From positions 1 through 64,000 of the forward strand of contig JBCNUW010000010.1 in assembly GCA_039630575.1 (NCBI GenBank): a DNA stretch of 64,000 nt, given 5' to 3'. Origin of the DNA: Candidatus Hydrothermales bacterium. Its GTDB lineage: Bacteria; Hydrothermota; Hydrothermia; Hydrothermales; JAJRUZ01. Positions 1 through 10,354 of this stretch are shown here, in pieces. Within the stretch, counting starts at the first letter, position 1. Every line of letters starts with the position of its first letter. The translations under genes were made by a program, and so were the position numbers. Below the pieces are notes generated by a model. It saw only the letters and a list, made by a program, of their open reading frames with translations. It was not told where the DNA came from and made no database searches.

Positions 1-670
1 AAACTGAATAGCCAAACAAAGCACCATCTTGGTCAGTTGGGTCAGCTGTCCAGTTAGGAGTTTGGGATAAATCTTTTTCGTTTAGAACTTCGTATCTTAT
101 TTCCTTTTTATTAAAGGCACTTATTTTAATTAAGCCATTTTCAAAATTAAACTTTAGGAGTTTTTCATTATCAAAATTAAATATAATCTCTTTTTCTTTT
201 ACCTCTTTAGTTAGGTTTTCATATTCTATTTTTAAATCAGAAGGGGAGAAATTTATTCCTTTAGAATATATGATTAAACCTTCTTCACTATTTTCAATTT
301 CTAAGTTTTTGTATTTTATTTTATCATCTTTTAATTCTGGTTTATTTTCGTTTGAGAGGATAATTTTTATATTCCAAGGGTAAGTTTTATTTTCAGATAT
401 TTTTCTTGGGAGTATTTCTATTTTATCGTTATCAAAAAAAGCGTGAAAATCATTTTCTCTATTCCAGACATGTAGTCTCTTTTCTTTGAAAGTGATACCA
501 TTACACATATCAAGATAGCGTGGTCTATATTCATCTTTTTTTATGTATAAAATAGCTTTGGCTAGCCAGTCAGAGTCTATTCCTGATTTAGAGGTAGAGT
601 TTTTAATTTTTATGCTTTCATGGGTACTGAATAGAACCCATAATAGGGATACAAAATAATAGTGCCTCAT
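1..670 (-). CDS. Secreted FG-GAP/integrin-alpha-like repeat protein (runs off window start; not in ORF track)
   Basis: My translation from ATG at 670: MRHYYFVSLLWVLFSTHES...SQTPNWTADPTDQDGALFGYSV, open to position 1; the last residues resemble the start of a bacterial integrin-alpha/FG-GAP propeller repeat. Confidence 0.7.
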   Translation of the reverse strand, partial: MRHYYFVSLLWVLFSTHESIKIKNSTSKSGIDSDWLAKAILYIKKDEYRPRYLDMCNGITFKEKRLHVWNRENDFHAFFDNDKIEILPRKISENKTYPWNIKIILSNENKPELKDDKIKYKNLEIENSEEGLIIYSKGINFSPSDLKIEYENLTKEVKEKEIIFNFDNEKLLKFNFENGLIKISAFNKKEIRYEVLNEKDLSQTPNWTADPTDQDGALFGYSV

Positions 671-689
671 AATTGAACTTTTTTTGATT

Positions 690-704
690 TAGGATTTGAA
701 CCTA
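690..704 (-). promoter_or_regulatory. T-arm-like hairpin TAGG-TTCAAAT-CCTA in 5' leader (copy 1)
   Basis: Minus strand reads TAA ATAGGTTCAAATCCTAAATCAAAAAAAAGTTCAATT ATG; 4-bp stem plus 7-nt T-loop, 21 nt upstream of ATG 670, no SD. Confidence 0.6.
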
Positions 705-705
705 T

Positions 706-3357
706 TTAATTTACATTTCTTAAAAGCCAAAGTAAATAGTTGTTTTTCTCAGTTTCTTTAATTTCTTTTAATTTTTTTTCAATTTTTTCATTTTTGAATC
801 TATTTAAACCTTTTATTGCTTCAGCCTTTAATCTTATACTTTTACTGTCAGAAAAATTTAAAAAGATCTCAATTATATCCGAAGTTGTATCCTTAACTTC
901 CTGTAGTATTCTTAAATAATGAAAAAGCGTCCTTTCATCGGATTCTTTTTTAGAATTATTAATTACAAGTTCCTTAATAGAATCTGCGTTACTTGATAAA
1001 ACTTTTTCCACAGCAAATCTTACTAAAGAATTTTCATCTTTTAAAAGAGGCACTAACTCTATTAAAAATTTTTTCTTTTTTATTTCACCACAGGCTCTTA
1101 TTGTTGAAATCCTTACATCTAAATCTTTTTCCTTTAAATACTTAAAAAGATTTTCATAACTTTCAGTTTTAAGTTTTGATAGTGAATAGATAATGCTTGC
1201 CTTTATATAATCTTTTTTTTCTCTTTTCAAAATTTCCCATAAAATTTGCTCCATTTCCCTTAATTCAGCCTCACCTATAAGATATATTACATTTTGCTTT
1301 AAAGTGTCATTTTCCTTTTTTAATGCATCCTTAAGATAAGACAAACTTAATTCCTTATTGTTTTTAATAACTTCCCTAATAGCTCTCAGCTCGAGACCCT
1401 TTAAAGTTTTTATTTTCCTTTTAAAAATGTAATCTAAGGCTTCTTTTTTTCTCTCAGAAAGCCTTTTTCTTGCTTCAGGAACAATTTTTTTATAAGAACC
1501 AACCTCCCACTCCGAAGCAATTTTAAAAAGCGAATCAATCTCTAAATTCTCTTGTATCTCTAAAAGGGCTCCTTCTTCCTCTTTATAAACTGTAGCTACT
1601 GTATCAATATCAAAACCAAATCCCAATTCTCCTTTTGTCCATAAAAATGGCTCATTTTTAATATATTCCCCCCTATAGTTATCCTTTCCCTTTAAATCAA
1701 CAAAAATTCCTATTCCTATCTTTCCTCTTGACATTTTTCCTCCTCCCTGCCCAAGCTCCTCAGTTGTAACATAAAGATCATTCCCCTCTACATCTACAAA
1801 AATTCCTACTGAAGTATTTAAACCTATTCCTTGCCCACCTGAAACTTTATAAGTATCATGTCCCCTTTTATCAATTAAAATACCAACAGAATAGTCATGC
1901 CCTTCACCCTGAGCAGGTCCGAACCTTGAAATGTAATCATCATCTCCATCTAAATCAAATAATCCACCTACAGCTAAATGAATACCAGCTCCTTGACCAT
2001 ACTCCGTAAGATGATAAAGATCATTACCCTTTTCATCTATTAAAACCCCTGATCCATAAAAATAACCACATCCTTGACCGTAAACTTCACTGTAATAAAC
2101 ATCGTTTCCCTCTCTGTCAATTAAGAAAGAAACTCCACCTCCAAGATAAGGTCTTATACCTAAAGAAAAACCCTGAGCAAACGAATTGGTCTCATCTGGC
2201 AATAAAGGTATAAAGAAGTTCTTCCCATATGCTATATAGGAATCGTTACCACTTTTATCAAAAAGTATTGAAAAACCTTCTGTGCTTGAAAAACTCTGAC
2301 CCATCTCAGTTAATTTGTATAAATCGTCACCATCAAGATCAAAGAGTAAAGACTTACCAAAAAATGAAGAAGCTTGAGAAAAAAAGTCTGATTCATAAAT
2401 ATCTTTTCCCTTTTTATCCATAAGAAAAGCTATACCAAACATTGAAGAAGAAATTGAAAACATTCTACCCTTTCTGATATCCTCTCCCTGTAAATCAAAA
2501 CTTATTGAAACTCCAAAAAAAGACGAAGAAATTGAAAAAATCTTATCAGAAAAATAAAAATCATTACCCTCTTTGTCAATAATTATAGAAAATGGAACAG
2601 AATAAAAAATAGAAGAAAAACCCACTCTACCTATGTACCTATCTTCACCTTTAAGATCAAAAATAATAAAGAAACTATCACCACTATAAATGTTATTCTC
2701 ATCTTTTAAATTTATTACTATACATCCCATTTCAGTTTTTATGGATGTATCTTTTAGATTATGTGATATTAAAAGGGATAACGTCAAATTAAAAAGGTTA
2801 ATAAAGGCAAGATTAAGCCCATCAAAAAGCTTCCTTTTATCAATCTTCAAAAGATACTCTGAAATCTTTTTTTCATCCCATATAATTTCTTCTATTTTTC
2901 TTCCCTTTTCTTTTTCAAAAACAGCATATAGATCCTTTTTTTCAATACTTTTTCTCTCAGCAAAAAAACTTGTTAAATTAAAAATTAAAGTATCCAATTT
3001 TTCCCTTTTTATTTTTGAAGTTGATTCTTTAATTAAAATCTTTGCTTTCTTTAAACTCCTTAATGACTTTGGAAGTATTTCATAGAAATTTTTCTCTTCA
3101 ATTTTGAAATTAAAAATTTTTTCTAAAATCCTTTTTTCTTCATCCATAAAGTTTTTATAAAATTTCTCTGAATATAAGGCAAGATTCAAAGGGTCTTTAA
3201 GAAAACTTAAAGTTAAAGTATCCTTAAGATTTGTATATAAACTCTTATCTTTTTCAAAACCAAGATCTTTAATTTCAAGAAATTGATATGAAAGTAAATC
3301 CTTTAAAATCTCAATTTCATTTTCTGAAATAAATAAGAATAAGAGAAAAACTATCAT
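706..3357 (-). CDS. Secreted protein with about 12 DxxGxDxY glycine-rich repeats and C-terminal HEAT-like repeats
   Basis: Repeats DLKGEDRY, DKEGNDFY, DLDGDDLY, DKSGNDSY, DREGNDVY, DEKGNDLY etc.; C-terminal helical repeats (LKDENSLVRFAVEKVL); short hydrophobic N-terminus. Confidence 0.75.
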   Translation of the reverse strand: MIVFLLFLFISENEIEILKDLLSYQFLEIKDLGFEKDKSLYTNLKDTLTLSFLKDPLNLALYSEKFYKNFMDEEKRILEKIFNFKIEEKNFYEILPKSLRSLKKAKILIKESTSKIKREKLDTLIFNLTSFFAERKSIEKKDLYAVFEKEKGRKIEEIIWDEKKISEYLLKIDKRKLFDGLNLAFINLFNLTLSLLISHNLKDTSIKTEMGCIVINLKDENNIYSGDSFFIIFDLKGEDRYIGRVGFSSIFYSVPFSIIIDKEGNDFYFSDKIFSISSSFFGVSISFDLQGEDIRKGRMFSISSSMFGIAFLMDKKGKDIYESDFFSQASSFFGKSLLFDLDGDDLYKLTEMGQSFSSTEGFSILFDKSGNDSYIAYGKNFFIPLLPDETNSFAQGFSLGIRPYLGGGVSFLIDREGNDVYYSEVYGQGCGYFYGSGVLIDEKGNDLYHLTEYGQGAGIHLAVGGLFDLDGDDDYISRFGPAQGEGHDYSVGILIDKRGHDTYKVSGGQGIGLNTSVGIFVDVEGNDLYVTTEELGQGGGKMSRGKIGIGIFVDLKGKDNYRGEYIKNEPFLWTKGELGFGFDIDTVATVYKEEEGALLEIQENLEIDSLFKIASEWEVGSYKKIVPEARKRLSERKKEALDYIFKRKIKTLKGLELRAIREVIKNNKELSLSYLKDALKKENDTLKQNVIYLIGEAELREMEQILWEILKREKKDYIKASIIYSLSKLKTESYENLFKYLKEKDLDVRISTIRACGEIKKKKFLIELVPLLKDENSLVRFAVEKVLSSNADSIKELVINNSKKESDERTLFHYLRILQEVKDTTSDIIEIFLNFSDSKSIRLKAEAIKGLNRFKNEKIEKKLKEIKETEKNNYLLWLLRNVN

Positions 3358-3395
3358 ATTTAAATTCTAAAGTATTTGACTTTAAAATATCTTAT
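3358..3395. promoter_or_regulatory. Putative bidirectional promoter giving leaderless or near-leaderless transcripts
   Basis: TAAAAT (3383-3388) 7 nt before ATG 3396 on +; TAGAAT (3369-3364) 6 nt before ATG 3357 on -; no SD on either side. Confidence 0.4.
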
Positions 3396-4475
3396 ATGAA
3401 ATTAAAAGAAGTTCCAATTGGATCTGATTATTATTTTGAATTTCCCTTTCTCTTTAAGAAAAAAAATAAAATTTTTAGCTTTTGGAAGGACTATCTTAAA
3501 AACTTGAAACTTTTTTTTTCAGGAAGGGATGCCCTTCGTTTTCTTTTGAATCACATTGGAAATAAATACTTTTTCCTTTTACCAAGTTATACTTGTTATG
3601 AAGTCATAAGACCCTTTGAAGAGTTAAATTTAAACTTTAACTTTTATAAAATAAGATTCATGCCAGAACCACAAATTGATCTTGATGATTTGAAAAAATT
3701 AATATTCAAATATAAAAATCCTATAGTTTTAATAATTGAATACTTCGGTTTTCCCCAAAATTATGAACTTGAAATTCCCTTTATCCTTGATATTAGCCAT
3801 TCTCTTTTGACTTTTAAAAAAAGGGAATTCAAAGTGAATCCAACTTATATTTTTGGATCACTGAGGAAGATATTGCCACTAACAGATGGTGGTATCCTTT
3901 TCCATGATGGGGAAATACCAAATAACTTAAAAAGTTACAGTAAAATTCTTTTAACTTTAAAATTAACTTCAAGTCTATTTAAAAATATACATTATGTAAT
4001 ACCAGAAAAAACCAAATTTCTATTTTCCTTTTCGTATTTTCAACTTGATAAAAGTTTCGAAAACTACCTCTCATACAAAAGAGAACCAAAAGATATTTCA
4101 TTTATCTCAAAATTTATGTTAAAAAGAATTCCTTATAGCTTTATAATTAAAAGAAGGAGAGAAAACTTTTTATACCTTTTAAAAAGTATAAATTTTGAAA
4201 AAATAAAACCGCTTTACAGTTATTTACCTTCCTCAGTTTGCCCATTAAACTTTCCCTTTTTTAGTGATTCTAAGAAAAAAATTAAGGAAACTTTAATTAA
4301 AAAGAGAATATTTCCCCCAACAATTTGGGATTATGTCCCACCTGTAATTGATAAAGAAAAATTTCCTGAAATATACACAATCCCTGAAAGGATTTTATCT
4401 TTACCGATTGATCATCGTTATAATATTAAACATATGGATAAAATTAAAAAAGCCTTGGAAGAATGTTTGGGATAA
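3396..4475 (+). CDS. DegT/DnrJ/EryC1/StrS-like PLP-dependent aminotransferase (divergent)
   Basis: SGRDAL, LLPSYTC, IEYFGF, LDISHS, GSLRK (candidate PLP lysine), RRENFLYL, ILSLPIDHRY motifs. Confidence 0.7.
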   Translation: MKLKEVPIGSDYYFEFPFLFKKKNKIFSFWKDYLKNLKLFFSGRDALRFLLNHIGNKYFFLLPSYTCYEVIRPFEELNLNFNFYKIRFMPEPQIDLDDLKKLIFKYKNPIVLIIEYFGFPQNYELEIPFILDISHSLLTFKKREFKVNPTYIFGSLRKILPLTDGGILFHDGEIPNNLKSYSKILLTLKLTSSLFKNIHYVIPEKTKFLFSFSYFQLDKSFENYLSYKREPKDISFISKFMLKRIPYSFIIKRRRENFLYLLKSINFEKIKPLYSYLPSSVCPLNFPFFSDSKKKIKETLIKKRIFPPTIWDYVPPVIDKEKFPEIYTIPERILSLPIDHRYNIKHMDKIKKALEECLG

Positions 4476-6448
4476 TTTTGTTTATTTATATATTTAAATT
4501 TAACAACTTCACACACTCCGATACTTTTTTCTTTTTTTCTGTAAAAAACGAAAGTTTATTCATAGCAGCTGACCACGGACTTTACATTGTCAATATGAAG
4601 AAAGATTCTGTTATATACAAATTTACAAACTCTGACTCAATCCCACTTTATCCATACTATTCAGTATGCATTTTTAATAATTTTTTAATCTTTACAAGCC
4701 CTTTAAACCTTGTTTACATTGATTTAGAAAACAAAGAAAAATATTTCTATCCTTCCCTTTTTTTAGAAAAAGATATTTACAGAACAATCATAGTAGAAAA
4801 AGATACTATTTTTCTCGGTGGAAATAAAGGGCTAAAAGGCATTAAAAGAAATAATACAGTTACTACCCATGATGATATCATTTTTTTTGAAAGAAAGAAT
4901 TATTTACCAAATGATACAATTTATTCTCTTTTATCTAAGGGAGATTCTATCTTTATTGGAACAAAGAAGGGATTATATAAGGTAAAAAGAAACTCGTTAG
5001 GTTTTGTTTCTCCAATTCTACATACTGGTGTAATAAATGGGAAAATTAAAGTTTTAAAAGAATCTGATAAAAAGATATTTGTTTCAGCAGACAGTTTCCT
5101 CTATGTTTATCCTGACTCACTTATAACAGTTTTTCCATCTGTGATAAATTCCATCTTTGTAAAATCTGATACATTGTTTGTTGGAACGGAAGACGGTGCT
5201 TTTATTTTCTATAACAATCAAAGAACAAAATTTACAGATTTTTATGTTAATTCTTTAATTAAATTTGAAAACAAAATCTATATGGGAGGTTTTGGAGTCA
5301 TTGTATACGATTATAAAAGAGATAATTTCTTAAATTTTAAAAATCTCTATAAAGAACTATCTTCAAATAATGTCTCATCTGTTAAAAAATTTGGTAAATA
5401 CTATGTAGTAGCAACTGACAAAGGTATAGATATTTTCAATGAGAAATACGAAAGGGTGAATAATTTACTAACAGGATGGGCTAGAACCTTTGATGAAAAT
5501 TCAAATACTATGATAGCCTCAGTATGGTGTGGATTTCTTTTTAAGATTGACTCTTTTTTTAAGGTTTATGATACTCAACAACTTTTCTACTGTATTCAGC
5601 TTTTGAAATTTATTGATGATTCAACTTTTTTTGTTTTAAAACCTGCTCAAGGCTCTATAGAAATTAGAAATTTAAAGGATGAGAAATTGCATGAAATCTT
5701 TAACCTTAATTATTCCACAGATATAGAAAGCTTCAACGGAAATTATTATGTTTCAAATACAGATGGAAATATCTTTAGTATTGATAAAAATTTAAGAGTA
5801 AACTTTTTATTTAATGTAGGTTATCCTGTATATGACCTTTTTATAAATAAAGATAAAATTTACTTAGCAACAAATTCAGGTCTTTTAAAATATAGTTTTC
5901 CTGATTTTAAATTTGAGAAAATATATCAAACACAAAATCCCTACACTACATCGGTTATAAGTGACAAATCGGGAAATATATATGCTTTAACAAGAGGAGG
6001 ACTTTTGTTTATATCAAGTAGTGATGATAAAGAAAGGACTCTTGAATACGGTACGAAAAGTATTGTCAAAACAGAAAACATTGATTTTAATTCACAATGT
6101 TCTGCCTCCCTTTTATACTATGAAATTTTTGAAAATGAGATTTTAATTGGTACAAATGATGGATTCTCAATATTAACCGTAGAGGATTCTGATATTTTTC
6201 CATCTGAAGAAACTATAATCTTCCCAAATCCGATTAAAAAAGAAAATGGATACTTTTTCTTAAAAACAAGCAAAGACATAAAAGAGATCTATATTTATTC
6301 ACCTTCAGGACTCTATAAAAAATTAGACTTTTTAAAATTAAATAAAGAGAGTTATTCGATAAGTACCTCTGGGATTGAAAGAGGATTTTATATACTTTAT
6401 ATTAAAACTTTTGATAATGTAAAACCCTATAAAATAATATGTGAGTAA
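4463..6448 (+). CDS. Beta-propeller protein with T9SS-like C-terminal sorting domain (PorZ-like architecture)
   Basis: Repeated IFIGTKKGLY/LATNSGLL blades; C-terminal IFPNP...IYIYSPSG...GFYILYIK. Confidence 0.65.
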   Translation: MFGIILFIYIFKFNNFTHSDTFFFFSVKNESLFIAADHGLYIVNMKKDSVIYKFTNSDSIPLYPYYSVCIFNNFLIFTSPLNLVYIDLENKEKYFYPSLFLEKDIYRTIIVEKDTIFLGGNKGLKGIKRNNTVTTHDDIIFFERKNYLPNDTIYSLLSKGDSIFIGTKKGLYKVKRNSLGFVSPILHTGVINGKIKVLKESDKKIFVSADSFLYVYPDSLITVFPSVINSIFVKSDTLFVGTEDGAFIFYNNQRTKFTDFYVNSLIKFENKIYMGGFGVIVYDYKRDNFLNFKNLYKELSSNNVSSVKKFGKYYVVATDKGIDIFNEKYERVNNLLTGWARTFDENSNTMIASVWCGFLFKIDSFFKVYDTQQLFYCIQLLKFIDDSTFFVLKPAQGSIEIRNLKDEKLHEIFNLNYSTDIESFNGNYYVSNTDGNIFSIDKNLRVNFLFNVGYPVYDLFINKDKIYLATNSGLLKYSFPDFKFEKIYQTQNPYTTSVISDKSGNIYALTRGGLLFISSSDDKERTLEYGTKSIVKTENIDFNSQCSASLLYYEIFENEILIGTNDGFSILTVEDSDIFPSEETIIFPNPIKKENGYFFLKTSKDIKEIYIYSPSGLYKKLDFLKLNKESYSISTSGIERGFYILYIKTFDNVKPYKIICE

Positions 6449-7593
6449 TGAAGTTTAAAATTTATCCTGAAGATTTTTTTGTGGAAGAAATTTTAAAGGA
6501 AGGAGTTTTAAAAGACAAGGGTATTTTCAAGCTTTATAAAGCTAAAAAAGCCTCTTTGGAGAGTCTTTATCTAAAAAAATTAATAGAAAGAACCTTCAAT
6601 ACAAAAATTAGTTTTGCAGGTTTAAAGGATAAAAAATCTGTTAGCATCTTTTATTTTACAGCAAAGGGAAATATTCCAAACTTTATTAGATTTAAAAATT
6701 TTTCTGCAGAATTTGTTGGTTATTCAGATAAGGACTTGACTGGTAGTGATTTAGAAAAGAATAATTTCAAAGTTACTCTGAGAGAAATAAAGGAAAAAGA
6801 AATTGAGAAAATAAGTAAAATTCTTGAGGACTTAAAAGTAAAGGGATTCCCTAACTACTTTGATATTCAGAGATTATCCTATGACCCAGCCAGTCTTTTT
6901 TTTCCCTATATCTTAAAGAGAGATTATAAAGAAGCAATAAGAGTTCACCTTCTGTCTCTTTCACCAGATTCAAGAAGAAATTTAAGAAGATTTAAAAAAC
7001 TTTTAAAAAAGTATTTTTATGAACCAAGTAAACTGCTTTACTTTGCTCCTTCACAAAAAGAAAAAGAAATAATAAATAAATTAATAAAAGGTAAATACGT
7101 TGAAATTTTAAAAAACATAGAACCTGATATTCTAAAAATTTATTTTGAAAAATTTTCTTCCTACCTTTGGAATAAATGTGCAAGTAAATTTCTAACAAAA
7201 AATAAAATAAGTAATAAAAGGGGTTTTAAAGTCAAAATAAAAAATGTTTATCTTTTTATACCAGAAAAGATCAATGAAAGAGCAAAAGAAATTGTTGAAA
7301 ATTCTTTTTTCCCAGTTCTTGGTACAGATGAACTAGTCTCCCAACCTGAATTTGAAGAAATTCTTATAAAAGAGCTAAAAAAGGAAAACATAGATTATCC
7401 ATTAAAAATTCCAGATTTTTTTAAAGATTTTTTTTATAAAAGTTATCAAAGAAAATTATGGATATACCCTGAAAATTTAAGTTACCAATACCTAGATAAA
7501 AAGTTAATACTCAACTTTTCACTTGATCCTGGTGCCTATGCTACACTTTTTATAAAAATACTGATGAGAAGACTTAAATTAGGTATCCTTTGA
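6448..7593 (+). CDS. truD: tRNA pseudouridine(13) synthase
   Basis: KIYPEDFFVEE, FAGLKDK (catalytic Asp), NNFKVTLR, GFPNYFDIQR, FSLDPGAYAT. Confidence 0.9.
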   Translation: MKFKIYPEDFFVEEILKEGVLKDKGIFKLYKAKKASLESLYLKKLIERTFNTKISFAGLKDKKSVSIFYFTAKGNIPNFIRFKNFSAEFVGYSDKDLTGSDLEKNNFKVTLREIKEKEIEKISKILEDLKVKGFPNYFDIQRLSYDPASLFFPYILKRDYKEAIRVHLLSLSPDSRRNLRRFKKLLKKYFYEPSKLLYFAPSQKEKEIINKLIKGKYVEILKNIEPDILKIYFEKFSSYLWNKCASKFLTKNKISNKRGFKVKIKNVYLFIPEKINERAKEIVENSFFPVLGTDELVSQPEFEEILIKELKKENIDYPLKIPDFFKDFFYKSYQRKLWIYPENLSYQYLDKKLILNFSLDPGAYATLFIKILMRRLKLGIL

Positions 7594-7992
7594 AAGAATA
7601 AAAATAGCAATAATTGCAAGGATTATTCCCAAATATTTCTTTAAAGTTAACTCTTCTTTCAAGAAAAATTTAGCAAGGATAACTGTAAAGGCAGGATATA
7701 AGGAAGTAAGAGGAACAATTATTGAAGCTTTTCCTTTTGTAAGTGCCAGGTAAAAGGTAATTGTTCCTATGGAACCAGCAAAAAAAGCAAGAAATAAATA
7801 TAAAATTCCACTTGTTTTAAAACTTATTTCGTTTTTAAAAGTTAAAAAGAGCAAGGTAGAAAAAAATAAAGAAATTAATGTGGAGAAGATATAGTACTCG
7901 TACCACTTAAAAAATTTAGTTGATATCTTTGAAAAAAATCCCCACAATCCCCATGTCAGGAGGGTAACAAAGGGTAAAATTAAACTCTCCAT
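7579..7992 (-). CDS. EamA/DMT family small transporter
   Basis: WGLWGFFSK, ALTKGKASIIVPLTSLYP, FFLKEEL; about 5 TM helices. Confidence 0.85.
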   Translation of the reverse strand: MESLILPFVTLLTWGLWGFFSKISTKFFKWYEYYIFSTLISLFFSTLLFLTFKNEISFKTSGILYLFLAFFAGSIGTITFYLALTKGKASIIVPLTSLYPAFTVILAKFFLKEELTLKKYLGIILAIIAIFILSKDT

Positions 7993-8042
7993 AAATAAAT
8001 TTTAAAATAACTTATCTTATAATAACAAAAAAGGAGGTAAAC

Positions 8043-9275
8043 ATGGGAACTGAAAGACTTAATAATGCCCTAAAAAGGGAATATGAAAAACTTCAAAATG
8101 AGGGAAGACTAAAAGGAAAAGAATTTATCATTACTGATATAAAAAAACCAGAGAATAGTAGAGGTCCAAGGTATTTTATCAAAGGTTTTGAAAATAAGGA
8201 ATTTATCAGAATGAATTCCAACTCCTATCTTGGTATGTCTCTTGATGAAGAAATAATAAAAACTGATGAGGAATATGTAAGGAAATTTGGTGTTGGACCA
8301 GGAGCAGTAAGATTTATAAGTGGAACCTTTGAGCCTCACAGATCACTTGAAAAAAAACTGGCAGAATTTCATAAAAGACAGGACTGTATGATCTATAGTG
8401 CTGCCTATGTAACGGTAATTGGTGTACTTGCTGCTCTTATAACCAGTGAAACAATAGTTTTAAGCGATGAACTAAATCACAACTGTATTATTAATGCAAT
8501 AAGATTATCAAGACCAAAGGATAAATTAATTTACAAACATCTTGATATGGTGGATCTTGAGGAAAAGGTCAAAAGCTCAATAGGTAAAGCAAAGAGACTC
8601 ATCATTGTTACAGATGGTGTATTCAGTATGAGAGGAGATTTTGCTCCTTTGAAGGAAATTGAAGAGATTTCAAAGGAGTATGATAGATATTTTGATGAAA
8701 ATGTAGTTGTAGTAGTTGATGATTCTCACGGTGTGGGTGCTTTTGGTGAGACAGGAAGAGGAACTGAAGAGTATACAGGCTCAAGATGTGATATATTGAT
8801 TGGCACTCTTGGAAAAGCTTTTGGAGTAAATGGTGGATATGTAGTTTCTGATGAGATAATAATAAACTATCTAAAAGAAACAGCAATTACCTATGTCTAT
8901 TCAAATCCGATTACACCAGCTGAAGCTGCCTGTTGTCTGAAAGTTCTAAATTTTCTCGACAGTGAGAATGGAAGGAAGAGATTAAAGTATTTAAGAGAAA
9001 TAACTAGATACTTTAAAGAAGGACTCATCAAACTCGGATACGAAACTATTCTAACCGATCATCCAATTGTGCCTCTTTTAATTCGTGATACATGGAAGAC
9101 AAGAGAACTTGTTGATTATTTAATTCAAAACGGTATTTTAGCTACAGGACTTACCTATCCTGTAGTTCCAAGGGGAGATGAGACAATAAGATTTCAAATA
9201 AATGCTGATCATACATATTATGATATTGACTATGTTTTAAGTGTTTTAAAGAATTTCAAAGAAGAAAGAATGTAA
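8043..9275 (+). CDS. Alpha-oxoamine synthase (2-amino-3-ketobutyrate CoA ligase / BioF family)
   Basis: SNSYLG, GAVRFISGT, SDELNHNCII, TDGVFSMRGD, DDSHGVG, GTLGKAFG; strong SD AAGGAGGT. Confidence 0.85.
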   Translation: MGTERLNNALKREYEKLQNEGRLKGKEFIITDIKKPENSRGPRYFIKGFENKEFIRMNSNSYLGMSLDEEIIKTDEEYVRKFGVGPGAVRFISGTFEPHRSLEKKLAEFHKRQDCMIYSAAYVTVIGVLAALITSETIVLSDELNHNCIINAIRLSRPKDKLIYKHLDMVDLEEKVKSSIGKAKRLIIVTDGVFSMRGDFAPLKEIEEISKEYDRYFDENVVVVVDDSHGVGAFGETGRGTEEYTGSRCDILIGTLGKAFGVNGGYVVSDEIIINYLKETAITYVYSNPITPAEAACCLKVLNFLDSENGRKRLKYLREITRYFKEGLIKLGYETILTDHPIVPLLIRDTWKTRELVDYLIQNGILATGLTYPVVPRGDETIRFQINADHTYYDIDYVLSVLKNFKEERM

Positions 9276-9276
9276 T

Positions 9277-9672
9277 ATGGAATGGAAAGTTTGGCTTCTT
9301 ATTGAAAATAAATTAAGAGGCTTACTTGTTTCTCTACTAGTTCTATTTATATCCTTTTTAATTTTTGTTTCATATGGGGAATTTTTTTCACTTTTATCAC
9401 TTCTCATTCTTGTTTTTTCACTTAGTAACTTTTTCTTTCCAATAAAATATAAAATAGATAATGACAAAATAACAGTTGAGAAACCCTTTTGGAGAAGAGA
9501 AATAAGTATTAGAGAAATAAAAAGGATAGAGAAGATAAAGGCCGGTATTTTTATTTCTCCTTATAAAAAAAGCGGGATCTTAGATAGTTTCAGAGGAATT
9601 GTTGTAATTACAAAAGAAAGGGATACTTTATATGAATTTATTGAAAAAGCTAGAAACTTTCACAATACCTGA
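9277..9672 (+). CDS. Hypothetical two-TM membrane protein with PH-like soluble domain
   Basis: Two hydrophobic segments followed by FFPIKYKID...FISPY...LDSFRGI; operon-coupled. Confidence 0.6.
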   Translation: MEWKVWLLIENKLRGLLVSLLVLFISFLIFVSYGEFFSLLSLLILVFSLSNFFFPIKYKIDNDKITVEKPFWRREISIREIKRIEKIKAGIFISPYKKSGILDSFRGIVVITKERDTLYEFIEKARNFHNT

Positions 9673-10324
9673 TAGAATAAATATTATAAGAGAAATTATT
9701 GAAAAAGAATCTGAATACCCTGATAAAGTTAAAATACTTGGAGCAACAAAAGGAATTGATATCGAGAGAATAAAGATTGCTTTTGAACATGGCATAAAAA
9801 TTTTTGGAGAAAACAGAGTTAAAGAGGCTGAAATAAAGATCAAAAGTTTTAAAGAGCCAGAGTGGCATATGATAGGTCATTTACAGTCAAATAAAGTTAA
9901 AAAAGCTTTAGAATTATTTGAAGTTATTGAAAGTGTAGATTCTTTTAAACTCTTAGAAGAAATAGAAAAAAGGGCTTTAATTATTAAAAAAGAAATAAAG
10001 ATTTTAATTGAAGTAAATACTTCCAAAGAAATAACGAAATTTGGTTTTGAAAAAGATGATCTTTTTAGAAACTTTCATAAGTTCTTTAACTACAAAAACA
10101 TAGTCATAAGGGGTCTTTTTACTGTTGGTCCCTATCCGGTGAGTGAAAAGATTTCAAGGAAAAGTTTTTCAGAGTTAAGAGAGTTGAGAGATAAATTAAA
10201 CAGGGAGTATAATTTAAACTTGGAAGAGTTATCTATGGGTATGAGTGAAGATTTTGTTTTTGCATTAAAGGAGGGTGCAACAATAATAAGACTTGGAAGA
10301 GTTTTATTTGGAGAGAGAAAATAG
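9632..10324 (+). CDS. yggS: PLP homeostasis protein YggS/YlmE
   Basis: GATK, FGENRVKE, WHMIGHLQSNKVK, LSMGMSEDF, GATIIRLGRVLFG. Confidence 0.95.
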   Translation: MNLLKKLETFTIPDRINIIREIIEKESEYPDKVKILGATKGIDIERIKIAFEHGIKIFGENRVKEAEIKIKSFKEPEWHMIGHLQSNKVKKALELFEVIESVDSFKLLEEIEKRALIIKKEIKILIEVNTSKEITKFGFEKDDLFRNFHKFFNYKNIVIRGLFTVGPYPVSEKISRKSFSELRELRDKLNREYNLNLEELSMGMSEDFVFALKEGATIIRLGRVLFGERK

Positions 10325-10338
10325 GGTTCAAATCCCAA
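10322..10338 (+). promoter_or_regulatory. T-arm-like hairpin GGG-TTCAAAT-CCC in divIVA leader (copy 2)
   Basis: TAGGGTTCAAATCCCAAATTAATAATAATTTAT ATG; core 10325-10335, 19 nt upstream of ATG 10355, no SD. Confidence 0.6.
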
Positions 10339-10354
10339 ATTAATAATAATTTAT

